From: Octopus sinensis
Taxonomy: Eukaryota
NCBI RefSeq assembly: GCF_006345805.1
Contig: NC_043006.1
Span: forward strand, 56,792,001 to 56,856,000
Length of the DNA: 64,000 nucleotides
Direction of reading: 5' to 3'
The position numbers and the translations under genes were made by a program. Every line of letters starts with the position of its first letter. Within the stretch, counting starts at the first letter, position 1. Positions 23,905 to 37,429 of this stretch are shown piece by piece. The notes under the pieces were generated by a model that had not been told where the DNA came from, made no database searches, and was given only the letters and a program-made list of their open reading frames with translations.

Positions 23905-25640
23905 TGCTGGTGAACGGTCACCTTTCGGAACCGCTTGACATCTCGCGTTCGGTTCGCCAAGGATGCCCTCTCTCCTCCTTCTTGTACGTATTGACTCTCG
24001 AGCTATTACTGCGCAAGTTGGAGGCTTTGAGGGGTATCCCGCGCTATCTAGGAGGTGGAAACAGCGTGTCTGCCTATGCCGACGACGTCACCGTGATGGT
24101 GTCGAGCCACAGGCACATTGACCTGATTGGCGAGACACTAAACGAGTACGAAGCGGCGACAGGTGCAAAGATTAACGCAGAAAAGTCCGTGGGTTTGCAA
24201 CTGGGCACCTGGAGAGGTAAGTCCATGCCGTCCAACAGACGGACCCATTAAACTGCTCGGGGTCTTGTTCGGTCCAGACCTCCAGGTGGATAAAAACTGG
24301 GAAGAGGTGACGAACAGGGTGGCCAGTCTCACCCAGAAATTGGCCGAGAGGAAGCGGTCCCTGAAAGGTCGAGTGGAGGTGGCGAATGCGTACATCGCAT
24401 CCGTCATCTATTACCGATTGACCGTCCTCCCTTGTCCCGACCGCTGGTTGGCCAAGCTGGTGCGCTTGCTCTTCGACTTCTTGTGGAAGGGTCAGGTACC
24501 ACTGGTCAGGCGATCCATCTGCTGTCAACGGCCGCTGAACGGAGGCCTTGGCATGCCGTATTTACTGATGCGCAGACATGCACTCAGGCTACGGCATCTC
24601 AAGTGTTTCCTAGACGGTGAACAGGTGTGGTCATCTTTTGTCAAACACGACTTTCCGCAGCTCGTCTCTTTGACAGAGTTGTAGTCTTGGATCAAACGCG
24701 GACCGAGAAAGGGCGCTTGGCACCTCGAATGCCGTCAAGCTCTCTCCGCCCTCCACCAGGCAGACAATGCGATCGGTAGTGGTTCTACTCTAGCGTTCTA
24801 TAGAGGGTTAGTGGAAGAAAAGTGCGACGACGTTCTCGGGGAAACTCTAGGCGTTGACGATAACGAGCTAAACAGTCTGTTCGAGAGAACTTTCGGGCCA
24901 GGGCCAATGGATAATTTCCAAAGGTTCCGAGGGGCTCTGCCTGTTCGGGATAAACTCTACCGGCACGGAGGTGCCGTCAGACGGGCCTGCCCGAGGTGCG
25001 CCCAGGATGACGAAACCGTTCTGCACGCGCTCGTCCAGTGCCCGAGTATTGCTGAACTATGGGTTTATGTCGAACAGCTACTGTCGCGTATAGGACGGAT
25101 CCGGCTATCAGCTGAATCTATAGTGAGGATTACCCCTCCTTTAACCGGGAGGGCAAGGCAGTTTTCTTTTGCCTAGTGGCTGTAGCGAAAGAGGTGATAT
25201 GGTGGACCCGTTTGAAAGGTCTACGGTCAGACACTTTCCCCTTTGGCCAAGGCCTCATCAAAAGGAAGATGAGAGTAGAGTGAGAAGTGATGTCTGGTAG
25301 CAAGTTTATTGAAAGGTGGGTGAATGTCGCAAGAATGGCCAGTATGAACGGACCAATTCTGAGGATACACCTGTGAAAATTAAAAGGAAATATAAAAGAA
25401 GGGGTTCTCTACCACCCTTTTGACCAGGCTCCCGTGGCTTTTATGGGTTTTTCCACGAGTAACCTTTCGAAGCGCCTCCCCCTATTGGGAGTTTTAATTG
25501 TTACTTACATTTCGTTGTTATCCTGCTTTTGCACACGGACTTTTTTAAATGGACAAAACCCTTTGTAACTTTCGTCCTGTGTTTTGTCCCTTTATGTTTT
25601 GATTGATTTTGGTTAGCCCTTGTGGCCAATAAACGAACGA
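23905..25640 (+). mobile_element. Tx1/L1-clade LINE, 5'-truncated (RT C-half, Cys-rich domain, 3' UTR)
   Basis: VNGHLSEPLDISRSVRQGCPLS, SAYADDVT, GAKINAEKS, GGLGMP and CPRCAQDDETVLHALVQC; frameshifts and stops; AATAAA at the end followed by (TTG)n. Confidence 0.85.
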
Positions 25641-25671
<31 letters not shown>

Positions 25672-25674
25672 AGG

Positions 25675-26045
25675 CTGCGAGCTGGCAGAACCGGTAGCAC
25701 ACCGGGCGAAATGCTTAGCGGTATTTCGTCTGCCGTTACGTTCTGAGTTCAAATTCCGCCGAGGTCGACTTTGCCTTTCATCCTTTCGGGGTCGATAAAA
25801 TAAGTACCAGTTATGCACTGGGGTCAATATAATCGACTTAATCTGTTTGTCTGTCCTTGCTTTCCTCTCTGTGTTTAGACCCTTGTGGGTAGTAAGGAAA
25901 TAAGTATTTCGTCTGACTTAACGATCTGAGTTCAAATTCCACCGAGGTCGATAAATTAAGTACCAGTTGAACACTCGTGTCGATGTAATCGACTAGTCCC
26001 CTGACCAAAAATTTGAGGCCTTGTGTCTCCAGTAAAAAGGATTAC
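25675..26045 (+). mobile_element. SINE family B (head plus about two body units)
   Basis: Head GCGAGCTGGCAGAA...; core CCGAGGTCGACTTTGCCTTTCATCCTTTCGGGGTCGATAAA. Confidence 0.8.
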
Positions 26046-27110
26046 TTTTTGTCATTGTTTTACTTCTCAGAACGTTCAGTCTTGTTTGTTCTGTTAGATT
26101 CTGTGAGAGTGGACAGCAACCTGCTGTCAGAGTTCTCATAGGGTCTCTTTCCACACATTATAAGCTTTGATACTTGGCTGTTAATTATCGTGGGAGCCAT
26201 TCAACATTCAAGTATCAATCGCAATATCCTATCTGCCCCCAGTAGAGCAGTTTTGGGGGCTTGCTCTGGTCTCTTGTGAATTCCGATTTCTTTGACATAT
26301 TACTCGAACTTGGCTGTTAGTACTCTCAGTGCCCCGACAACTACTGGAATGACAGACACTCCCCTCATAGTACACATTCTTGCAATTTCCACTTTTAGTA
26401 TTCTGTTCTCTCCAATCCTTTCTAGTGTTTTTGTCACTTATGCGTGCACCTCCAGGTATTACAATATCTATCATCTTGGTTTCCTTTTTTCCTCTATCTA
26501 CCACAGCAATTTCTGGTCTCCGAGCCTCGATTAGGGAGTCACCTTGGATTATAAAATCCCATAGTATCTTATGTTCCTTGTTCTCGGTGACTCCTTCTGG
26601 TTCACATTCGTACCTTTTCTGTGCTGTTCAGGCCGTACTTTTTACATAGCCTGCGGTGGACGAACTTAGCCACGTTATCGTACCTCCTTTTGTAGAGTTT
26701 TGGGGCCAGCTTATTACACGCACTCACAGTATGTGAAACTGTTTAGTTTCTGCTGCCACACATCCTACAAGGGGACGATTCGCTACTCTTATCTATTTGG
26801 AACTTGGTGTAATTAGTTCTCAGAGCTTGTTTACTGGGCGCTGGATACCAATGCCTCTGTGCATCCTTTCAGATCACATTTTCTTAGCTATCTCCAAGTG
26901 TTCATCTTGTCTTTTCCTTCGATTTCTCTGAGGTATTGCCCATGCAGTAGTTTCAATCTTTCTTCATTATCTTGTTTCTTAAACGTTTGTGGGTGCATCA
27001 TATTTTCTTTAAGTAATGTATTGTTAATTCTAAAAGTGGCAAGCAAGGATTCACTCTGCTGTTTGATGTACAATTCCAGACTATTTGTCTCGTTGACAAC
27101 ACAGATCTTG
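26045..27110 (-). mobile_element. LINE with CCHC knuckle and restriction-like endonuclease (R4/NeSL-type), decayed
   Basis: Minus: QALRTNY, CRMCGSRN.TVSH.VSACNKLA, KILWDFIIQGDSLIEARRPEIAVVD, MIDIVIPG, VIPVVVGA; many lesions. Confidence 0.75.
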
Positions 27111-27125
27111 CATCTATTATTATTA

Positions 27126-27410
27126 AGGCGGCGAGCTGACAGAATCGTTAGCACGCTGGGTGAAATGCTTAGCGGTATCTCGTCTGCCGTTACGTTGTGA
27201 GTTCAAATTCCGCCGAGGTCGACTTTACCTTTCATCTTTCGGGGTCGATAAATTAAGTACCAGTTACGCACTGGGGTCGATGTAATCGACTTAATACCTA
27301 TGCCTGTCCTTGTTTGCCCTCTCTATGTTTAGCCCGTTGTGGGTAATAAAGAAATAGGTACCTCGTCTGCTGCTGCGTTCTGAGTTCGAATTCCGCCAAG
27401 GTCGACTGAT
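27126..27410 (+). mobile_element. SINE family B (head plus body plus restart)
   Basis: Same head and core; restarts at TCGTCTG after the tail. Confidence 0.8.
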
Positions 27411-27454
27411 CCGTTAAGCACCAGTAAAACCAGGCGTTGTGTATTTCGTAGAAA

Positions 27455-27573
27455 GGATTATTATTATTATTACTACTACTACTACAACTACTACTACTAT
27501 TATTATTACTACTACTACTACTGCTACTACTACACTACTACTACTACTATTATTATTACTACTACTACTACTG

Positions 27574-27655
<82 letters not shown>
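27455..27655. repeat. (TAC)n/(TTA)n compound microsatellite
   Basis: Direct reading. Confidence 0.9.
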
Positions 27656-27659
27656 GTTT

Positions 27660-28120
27660 TTTCCTGTTTCAGGGTACACTAGGCACATGCACCACAACCA
27701 TATGTGCGCGACATGGTTATCTCATATCAAGATAAACAACACATGATCTTACAGGGGAGGGCCAGTTAGAATTTTATTCTGGCCGAGTAACCCATCCCGC
27801 TCAAAAGGTCCCTGAATAAGGGTTGTTGAACAAAACACCCATGTTTCCAGAGGTGAATTACTCAAACCCCAAAGAATCCCTCACAACACATGGCTATGAT
27901 GCTCCCCCACAACTTCTGCTCGTGATCAAAGATGCACATATCGTCAGCCACTAAGGGACAAGCTCAACTGGTTAAGGCCAAACAACTTACAAGCAAATCT
28001 GTGGTATTGAGCAGAATATTTGCTGTAGCCCATCTTTTATGCCAAGACAAAACAAAGTACGATAACACTTCCAATCAGTTAAGATCAGAAGCCATGAGAA
28101 CCACTGTCTGGTACTGCATC
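27660..28120. mobile_element. Non-coding repeat flanked by (TAA)n on both sides (other copies 23520-23670 and 28896-29188, the latter inverted)
   Basis: Three related copies in the window; those whose ends are visible abut TTA/TAA arrays. Confidence 0.65.
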
Positions 28121-28239
<119 letters not shown>

Positions 28240-28240
28240 T

Positions 28241-28883
28241 TCAGTAGTTTTATTTTTATAGCGTGCTTTCACTTCACTACCGAGCGCAGCTCTGTGTGCC
28301 TTGAGTATGTGCTGTGATTTGTTGTGATGCTCTGATGGAAAGTGTTCTGCGTAGGATGTGTGCAGTGCCTAGTAGTGCAATTTTCTGTATGTTATATGTG
28401 TTTGTAAGTCCTGGTGTTTTTGTTATGTATTTGTCTGAATATTTTTTTATCATGCCTAATGCACCTACTATGATAGGAATTGTTTCTGTTTTCAGATTCC
28501 ACATTCTAGTTACCTCTATTTCCAGGTCTTTGTATTTTGAGAGTTTCTCCATTTCTTTTATTGACACGTTGTCATCTGCCGGTATTGATACATCAATTAG
28601 AAAGCATTTTTTTCCTTCATGATCTCTGACAACTATATCTGGTCTGTTGGCCTTAATTTCTCTGTGTGTATCGGCATATCCCAGAGTATGGTTGCTTTCT
28701 CGTTTTCTGTGACCTTTTCTGGTGTGTGCCTATACCATCTTTTTTCTGTTGTTATTCCATAATGTTGGCATAGCTTCCAATGTATGTAGGTTCCAACTCT
28801 GTCATGTCTGTGAATATATTCCTTCTTAGCCAGGACTGGGCAGCTAGAGATAATATGATTTATTGTTTCTTGTCCATCTCCAC
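28241..28883 (-). mobile_element. R4/Dong-like LINE 3' fragment (CCHC plus restriction-like endonuclease), tail in (TAA)n
   Basis: Minus: CGDGQETINHIISSCPVLAKKEYIHRHDRVG, NRPDIVVRD, LIDVSIP, KYKDLEIEVTRMW, IPIIVGALG, QKIALLGTAHILRR. Confidence 0.85.
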
Positions 28884-29199
28884 ATTATTATTATTATAAG
28901 ATGCAGTACCAGACAGTGGCTCTCATGGCTTCTGATCAATATTCTGCTCAATACCACAGATTTGCTTATCAGTTGTTTGGCCTTAACCAGTTGAGCATGT
29001 CCCTTAGTGGCTGACGATATGTGCATCCCTGATCACGAGCAGAAGTTGTGGGGGAGCATCATAGCCATGTGTTGAGAGGGATTCTTTGGGGTTTGAATAA
29101 TTCACCTCTGGAAACATGGGTGTTTTGTTCAACAACCCTTATTCAGGGACCTTTTGAGCGGGATGGGTTACTCGACCAGAAGAAAATTTATTTGTTCCC

Positions 29200-30010
29200 T
29201 CTGTGTGTAGTCCTTTGTGGGCAGTAAAAAAATAGGTATTTCATCCGGCTTTACGTTCTGAGTTCAAATTCCGCCGAGATCGAATCTGTCTTTCATCCTT
29301 TCGGGTTCGATAAAGGAAGTACCAATGAAACACTGCGGTTGATGTAATCGACTAGTCCCCTCGCGCAAAATTTCAAGCGTAGTGTCTATAGTAGAAAGGA
29401 TTATTATTATCATTACAGAAGGCGGTGAGCTGACAGAATTGTTAGTACGCCGGGCGAAATGCTACGTTCATATTTCAAGTCCCGCTGAGGTCGACTTTGT
29501 CTTTCATCCTTTCGGGATGAAATAAGTACCAGTTGAGGACTGGGGTTGATGTAATCGATTGTACCCCTTCCCCAAATTCCAGGCCTTGTGCCTATAGTAG
29601 AAAGGATTATTAGTATTATCATACACTGGCGAAGAGGACGGCGAGCACGCCGGACAAAATGCTTAAACAGCATTTCGTCCCCATTCACATTTTGAGCTCA
29701 AACTCCGATGAGGTCGACTTTGACGTTTATAATTTCGAGGTCGATGAGTACTCATCTATGTAATTATCTACCCCATTCCCCCAAATTTCAGGCCTTGTAT
29801 ATATCGTGGAAAGAATTGTTACAAAGGCGAAGATGGAGTGCTGGGAGAATCGTTAGCACGTCGGACAAAATGTTTAACATTTATTTCGACTTTACCTTCT
29901 GAGTTCAAATGCTGCCGAAGTCGACTTTGCCTTTCATCATCTCAAGGTCGATAAAATAAGTACTAGCTGAGTATTTACATAAAAGTACTAGTCACCTTCC
30001 CTCAAAACCG
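29200..30010 (+). mobile_element. Cluster of diverged family-B SINE copies
   Basis: Four or five successive degenerate GAGGTCGACTTTG...GATAAA cores. Confidence 0.7.
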
Positions 30011-30508
30011 CTAGCCTTGTGCCAAAATTGGAAGCAATCATCCTTAGAAGACAATAGAAAGAGCCGAGAACTTGCTCACAATACAAAACACTATACTGTA
30101 AGTAAGGGAAAGAAATCACCAAACTGACTACTGTTTTCATATTAATTACCGTAATTAACTTTCAAATTATATCTAGATATGAAAGTTTTTCAAAAAGTAG
30201 TCGGGGACAGATTGTGTGTGGTCCTTGGGGGATATCACAAGCATTATGTTTACAAGAATTACTTCCGTCCATTCATAAGATGAACAGGGATTTCTAAAGG
30301 TTCTCAAATAACAATGAATTTGAATTAACATGCGTAGGCATAGATGTGTAGTAAGAAGCTTCCTTCCCACCCACGCGGTTTCGGGTTCAGTTCCACTTTG
30401 TGGGTCCTTGGACAAGTGTTCTTACTAAAGCCTCGAGCCGATCAAAAACCTTGTAAGAGGATGTAGTAGATGGAAACAGAAAAAAGCCCGTCATATATAT
30501 ATACAAAT

Positions 30509-30572
<64 letters not shown>

Positions 30573-30609
30573 TATATATATATACACATACACACGCATA
30601 CACACACAG

Positions 30610-30679
<70 letters not shown>

Positions 30680-32068
30680 TATACATATATATATATACAC
30701 ACACATGCATACACACGCACGCACTTATATATATGTGTGTGTGCGTCATACCGTTTATCTACTATCACCACTTGACAACCTGAGTTTACATCCCTGTAAA
30801 AGAGCTGTTCGACAAAAGACACATTAAGTAATGGGGTTGATTTGCTCGATTAACACCCTTCAGTGTGGTACACCAGTATGGCCGCAGTCCATTTACTGAA
30901 ACAAGTAGATAACAGCGCAAAGGTCTGCAATTAAATACCACTCGAATGCATGGTTTCTCAACCATTTTGTATCTCTGGACTCCTTTGATTATCATTTTAT
31001 TCTGGTAGACCCCAATAGTCATCCGATGTTTAAAAACTAGTTTTATAGAAACGTCTTTCAAAATTCCTATTTTGTTTTTTTTCACAACCGATGTCAACCG
31101 ATGCTGGTGTGTTTATGTCCCCGTAACTTAGCGGTTTGATAAAAGATACCGATAGAATAAGTTCTAAGCTTACAAAGATTAAGTCCTGGGGTCGATTTCT
31201 TCGACTAAAACCCTTTAGGACAGTGCTCCAGTATGACCGCAGACACATGACTGAAACAAGTAAAAGAAAATATATGTAGTTCATATACCTAAGCATGTTT
31301 TTGTCTTTCATCTTTCACAATAACATTATGAATATCCGAATATGTTATATGACACTCACTTCATCTAGTCTTCTGTAACAATATAAGAATCTTCTAATGT
31401 ATTTTTTTATGTATTCTTCTTCCGCACTGAGGAGAAGGGTAAAAGGTAATTAATTTAATTATAATTAAATTAATTAAAAATTTTTTCCATGTTTTTACGC
31501 GTTAATATTACCGTTCGAAACGATCGTATGCATGTAGTAAAATTTTATTAAAATTTTTAACAGCCTCTCTTCTCCATCTTTAATTGTTTGTTGAGTTTCT
31601 ATAGGATACGTATTCTATAAATGCTCATAACAAACCTTATACTTATATATATTCTTTTACTCTTTTATTTGCTTCGTTCATTTGACTGCGTCTATGCTGG
31701 AGCACCGCCTTTAGTAGAATAAATTGACCCCAGGACTTATTCTTTGTAAGCCTAGTAATTATTCTATTGGTCTCTTTTGCCGAACCGCTAAGTTACGGGG
31801 ACGTAAACACACTAGCATCGGTTATCAAACGATGGTGGAGAAACAAACACAGACACACAGACATACACACATACACCACACACACATACACAAGCATATA
31901 TATATATGTGTGTGTGTGTGTTGTGTATGTGTGTGTGTGTTTAATATATATATATTTATATATACATATATACATACACACACACACATATATATGTGTG
32001 TGGTGTGTGTGTGTGTATGTATATATATACATATATATATATATATATAATATATATATATATAATAT

Positions 32069-32138
<70 letters not shown>

Positions 32139-32144
32139 TATATT

Positions 32145-32460
32145 ATAAGGTTAATCCAAACGGGAAAACAGAAAAAACAACAACACGTGGAACAATTACA
32201 GTATTATTATTATTAGGCGCTCAGGAAAATGGAAGAAGGAGGGTATGACGTTTCGAGCGGAGCTCTTCGTCGGAAACATAGGAGAAAGAAAGATCCCGAG
32301 ACGGGAGGACAGAGGAAAAAAAATTGCAGGTAGTCTTCACAAGGTCACATACTGAAAAGACGGAAGTGGTAAAAAAGGAGGAAAATGTTTTTTAAAAACA
32401 GGAGAGCTGAATCAAAGAGGGAATGGTAAAAAAGGTGTGCGAGAAAACGAGGGTGTGTGT
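32145..32460 (-). mobile_element. PLE-type terminal repeat ending in (TA)n
   Basis: Lies downstream (minus sense) of the GIY-YIG fragment at 35275-35530; contains a hammerhead-like motif; 3' end runs into a TA array. Confidence 0.55.
32247..32273 (-). ncRNA. Minimal hammerhead-like motif (CCGACGA core)
   Basis: CCGACGA-A-GAGC TCC GCTC-GAA-ACGT-C; palindromic ACGT stem III; stem I poor. Confidence 0.4.
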
Positions 32461-32869
32461 GTGAGTGTGTGCGTGTGTGTGTATGTGTGTGTATGGTGGA
32501 CAGTGGCTAGTAGCAGGCAGTAGTAGAATTAAAGGAGTATGTGAGGGTACCCTAGCAAGTCAGAAAGGCAGATCAGAAACAGGGAGGTATGTGTGTGTGC
32601 GTGTGTATGTATGTGTGAGTGTGTGCGTGTGCGTGTGTGTATGTGTGTGTGAGGCGAGATAAAAAAACAAAAAATATGTATATGTTAGTGCGTGCAGGGC
32701 GAACGGATGACATAGCAAGTCTCGAGTGAGTGGTCAGTGGTAAAAAAAGGGAGGAAGGAGGGAAGAAGGGAAGGAGGGAAAGGGTGGGGGCGTATGTAAC
32801 GTGCCAGTGTGTGTGTAGAGTGGTAGTGTGTCCAGTGTGCGTAGTTGTGTGCATGGCAAGTAAATTTGA

Positions 32870-33282
32870 AGTGTGTGTAAGTGTAATGTATATATATATA
32901 CAAATGTGTGTGTGTGAGTGGGTGTGTGTATGTGTGTGCGTGTGTGTACAAAGAGGGGGGGTTAAGGAAAAAAACTGCAGCGGAGGGGGGAAAGGGGAAG
33001 ATGGAAGAGTGGTCCCGCGGTGATAGGCGTGGGAGAACTCAAAGGCACGCGCCGGCCCCAGATACGTACAGGAGCTCTAGTCGGTCAACCACGAGCGTGG
33101 TGCATGCATGCGTGTATGCGTGCGCGAACGTGCACAAGCGTGTATGTGCGCGCGCCTGCGAGTATGTGTGTATGTATGTGTGGGGATGTGTGAGTGTGTC
33201 TGTGTGTAAGTCTGGGTGTCAGTGTGTCCGATGAATGTATGTAAGTATGTGTGTGTATATGTGTGTATATAGATGTATTTCC

Positions 33283-33313
<31 letters not shown>

Positions 33314-35240
33314 AGTATGTATGTATGTACGTGTGTGTGTGTGGAAGTGTGTGTAGGTGCATGTGTGTGCGCGTACATGCAGGTGTGTGAGTGTGTGTGT
33401 GTGTATGTATGTGTGTGTGTATGTATGTGTGTGTCTAGGTGTATGTATGTAAGTATGTATGGGTGTGTGTATGTGTGTGTGTGTGTATGTATGTGTACGT
33501 GCGTGTGTGTGTGTATGCATGTATGCATGTATGCGTATGCATGTGCGTATGTGTGTGTGTGTGTGCATGTGTGTAGGTATATATGTATGTGCGTATGTGT
33601 GTATGTGCGTACATGTGTGTGTGTGTATGCATGTGTGTGTATGTAGGTGTGTAGGCGTGTGTGTATAGGTGTATGTATGTAAGTATGTATGGGTGTGCCC
33701 GTGTATGTGTGTGTATGCATGTGTGTGTATGTAGGTGTGTGGGCGAGTGTGTATAGGTGTATGTATGTATGGGTGTGTCCGTGTGTGTTTGTGTGTGTGT
33801 GTGTATGCATGTGTATGTAGGTGTGTGTGTACGTGTGTAATATATGTATGTATGCGTGTGTGTGCGTGTGTGTGTGTATGTAGGTGCGTATGTATGTGTG
33901 TGGGAGTGTAGGTGTGTGTGTGCGTGTATGTGTGCGTGTGCGTGTATATGTTGGTGTGTGTGTATGTGAGTGTGAGTGTATGGGTGTTTGTCATGCATGT
34001 GTGTGCGCGTGCAGGCGAGTGTGTGTGTAAGTATGTGTGTGTGTATGTATGTGTGAGTGTGTATGTGTGTATGTCTGTGTGTATGTATGTGCGTATAGGA
34101 GTATGTAAGTATGTGTGTGTGTATGTGTGTGGGTGTATGTATGTATGTATGTGTGTGTGTGCATGTGTGTAAGTATATGTGTGTGTGCGTATGTATGTGT
34201 ATGTGTATGTGTGTGTGTTTATGTATGTGTGTATGTATGTGTGTGTCTAGGTGTATGTATGTATGGGTGTGTGTCCGTGAGTGTTTGTGTGTGTGTAGGT
34301 ATGTGTGTATGTATGAGTGAAGGTATGGCTGTGTAGGTGTGTGTGTGTATGAATGTAAGTGTGTGTGTGTACAAGTGTAATGTATGTATGTAGGTGTGTG
34401 TGTGTATATTTGTGCGTTTGTATGTGTGTGTGTATGCGTGTGAGTGTGAGTGTATGGGTGTATGTCTGTGTGTGTGTATGTCTGAAGTAGGTATGTGTGT
34501 GTATGTATGTATGTGTGTGTGTGTGCGGGTATGTGTGTGTGTATGTGTGTGTGTAAGTGTGTGTGTGAGTAGGTGTGCGTGTATGTATGTGGGTAGGGAT
34601 GCAAGCGTGTGTGTGGGTATGTATGTATACATACGCACGCACACACCCGAAGCACGCCCACACACACGAAGCACGCTCACACACACAACACACAAACAAT
34701 ACAACGCAAGCCCATGGGGCCGACCAACCCCCAGCACGCGCCAAGGCGTGCGCGCGCGGGGGCCCCGAACAACCCGCTCCACGGGAACCGAGGATCCATC
34801 AACCAAAACCAGAAAGCAGAAAAGAGGGGGGGTTTGCCTGGGTGCAAATAGGTGTATGTGTGTGTGCATTCGTGTGAAGGTGTGCATGTGTGGGTATGTG
34901 TGTATGTATGTGTGTGTGCGTACATGTATGTGTGTATGTGTGTGTGTGTATGTAAGTATAGGTGTGTGAAGTATGTATGTGCGATGTGTGTGTGTGTGTG
35001 TATGTATGTGCGTATGTATGTGTGTATGTATGTATGTATGTATGTCTGTGTGTGTGTGTGTGTGTAAGTATGTATGTGTGTGTATGTATGTATGTGTGTA
35101 TGTATGTGCATGTTGGTTTGTATGTTAGTGTGTGCATGTATGTCTATAAGTATGTGTGATTAAATGTGTGAATGTGTGTACGTAGATGTGTATCCGTATG
35201 TGTGTGTGTGAACAGGCGTGTGGGATGTAGGTAGGTGTGT
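32870..35240. repeat. ~2.4-kb degenerate (TG/TA) array with an internal strand-switched GC-rich block
   Basis: GT-rich on plus except ~34626-34850, which is CA-rich then GC-rich. Confidence 0.85.
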
Positions 35241-35274
35241 GTGGGGGGGGGGTGTCTATCCGGAAAAAAAAACC

Positions 35275-35530
35275 TTAGGAGGAGGGAGCTGTGTTAAGTC
35301 CGTGTGGGGTAGTGGTTTGTAGGGTGAAGATGTAGCGTTGCTCCAAGTGGAGCCTCGAAAGTGGACGACCATTGTGGGGGGCAAGACCAAACACTGAGAT
35401 GTCATCTAGGGAATGGCTGGCCGAGCGGAAGTGGCGTGCGACGGGAAAAAAAGAGTGTAGGCGAACGTCCCTCAAATGTTCTGTGAATCGGTCGGACAAC
35501 CGGCGTCCCGTCTGTCCTACATACAGCATC
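35275..35530 (-). mobile_element. PLE GIY-YIG endonuclease C-terminal fragment
   Basis: LYVGQTGRRLSDRFTEHLRDV...VARHF...EQRYIFTLQTTTPHGLN. Confidence 0.85.
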
Positions 35531-35545
35531 CGCATATATATATAT

Positions 35546-35610
<65 letters not shown>

Positions 35611-36404
35611 CATATATACGATTGAGTTCTTTCAGTTTCCGTCTACCAAATCCACTCACAAGGCTTTGGTGAGACACTTGCCCAAGGTGCCACGCAGTAG
35701 GACTGAATCCGGAACCATGTAGTTGGTAAGTAAGCTTCTTACCACACAGCTACTCCTGCGCCTATATATAAGTAGATTATCATCATTCAGTTTTCCTGTA
35801 CCAAATACATTTACAAGGCTTTCGACCTGGAGCTATAGTTGCAGACACTTGCCCAAGGTACCATGCAATTGGACTGATTTTGAAACCATGTGTTTGGGAG
35901 GTAAACTTTTTTCCAGACAACCACGCCTGCACACGTCAAGCCACATTCAATGTAAATCAAAACTAAAATAAGATATAATACCATTTCAAAGGAGGTATCA
36001 AATAATGCGCAAATAGAAATCAAATTCATATTAGAAACTTTGTTGCAATAATTAAATTTAATTGCTTGCTTCTGTAATTAACAGCATTAACCCATTTAAC
36101 AAATATTTATTCTAGCTAATTACCGCTTCACACCAAGTGCTACCGTCATAACACTATATCACTAACTTCTATTCCTTTTGAAACTCATTCCTTTCCCATA
36201 CTATAATTAATGTGCCCATTTAAATCGCCATCAGCTATCACAGTTTAGCCTTCACTGCTTCCACTATAACCTAGCGATAAGAAATAAAAGAAAAAAAAAA
36301 GAAGAATAGGAACGGCAATACTATTATGTACAACTCTCACGCGTCTTGAAGTTTATTTTCTTTATATTTTGTCTTAAGGCAGCAAGCTGGCAGAATCGTT
36401 AGCC

Positions 36405-37172
36405 CAGACTGACTTTGCTGACGACATCGCTCTTATCAGTGATTCTCTCTCCAATGCCCAGTCTCTTTTACAATCTCTTGAACAAGCCTCAAATTGTGTA
36501 GGTCTTTACCTCAATGAGGCCAAAACTGAATACATAAACAAGTGCCTGTCCAACAGTGATTGCATCATCCATACTCTCAACAACGCGCCCTTAAATATGG
36601 TTTCTGATTATAATATCTTGGGTCATACATATCATCATCTGGAAAAGACTTTCTAACTAGAAAGGGTATGGCCTGGTCAGCCTGTAATGACATGCATAAG
36701 ATCTGGTCATCAAATCTAAGTAGAGACTTCAAACTTGAAATGTTCAAAGCCACAGTCGAACCAATTCTACTATATGGCTCAGAAACCTGGACGTTATCAA
36801 AGAAGCTTGAGAGGCGGTTGGATGGAACCTACACTCGCCTCCTTATGAGAGCTCAAAATCTCTCGTGGATGCGCCATCCAACTAAAATGCAAATATATGG
36901 GAAATTACCACCTGTGTCATCTCTTGTGAAAGGTAGGAGAGTCCAGTTTGCTGGACATTGTTGTAGAGCTGAAAAAGAAGTAATTTCTACTCTTCTCTGG
37001 AAGCCATCTACTCGCAATACCAGAGGGCGCACACTCTCCTACCCTGATGTAATCTCCAGGGATACAGACATCCAGCAACAGGACCTCCGTAATGCCATGA
37101 TGGACCGTGAAGTCTGGCGTAGCATGGTAAATTCCATTGTCTCGACCACGGTCGAACAATGATGATGATGTT
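36405..37172 (+). mobile_element. RTE-like LINE 3' fragment with (ATG)n tail
   Basis: DFADDIAL, GLYLNEAKTE, VEPILLYGSETWTL, RRVQFAGHCCR, MMDREVWR; ends ATGATGATG. Confidence 0.85.
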
Positions 37173-37429
37173 AGCACAGAGGGCAACATGTTTAAGATAC
37201 GTAACATTCAAGTATTATTATTATTGTTGTTTTTCGGGATGCTCTTTTTTTTTCTTGTCAAATAAACACACACACACACACACTATATTGAGAATGTTTA
37301 TGTGACAAAAACAATAGAAAATTTACCATCCCGAAATGCATCAATATCTGTTTCAACACACAATTTCATATCAAGAATCTTGCAAAACAAGTACATAAAC
37401 ATAACTATTATTATTTGCTGCTAGTTCGT

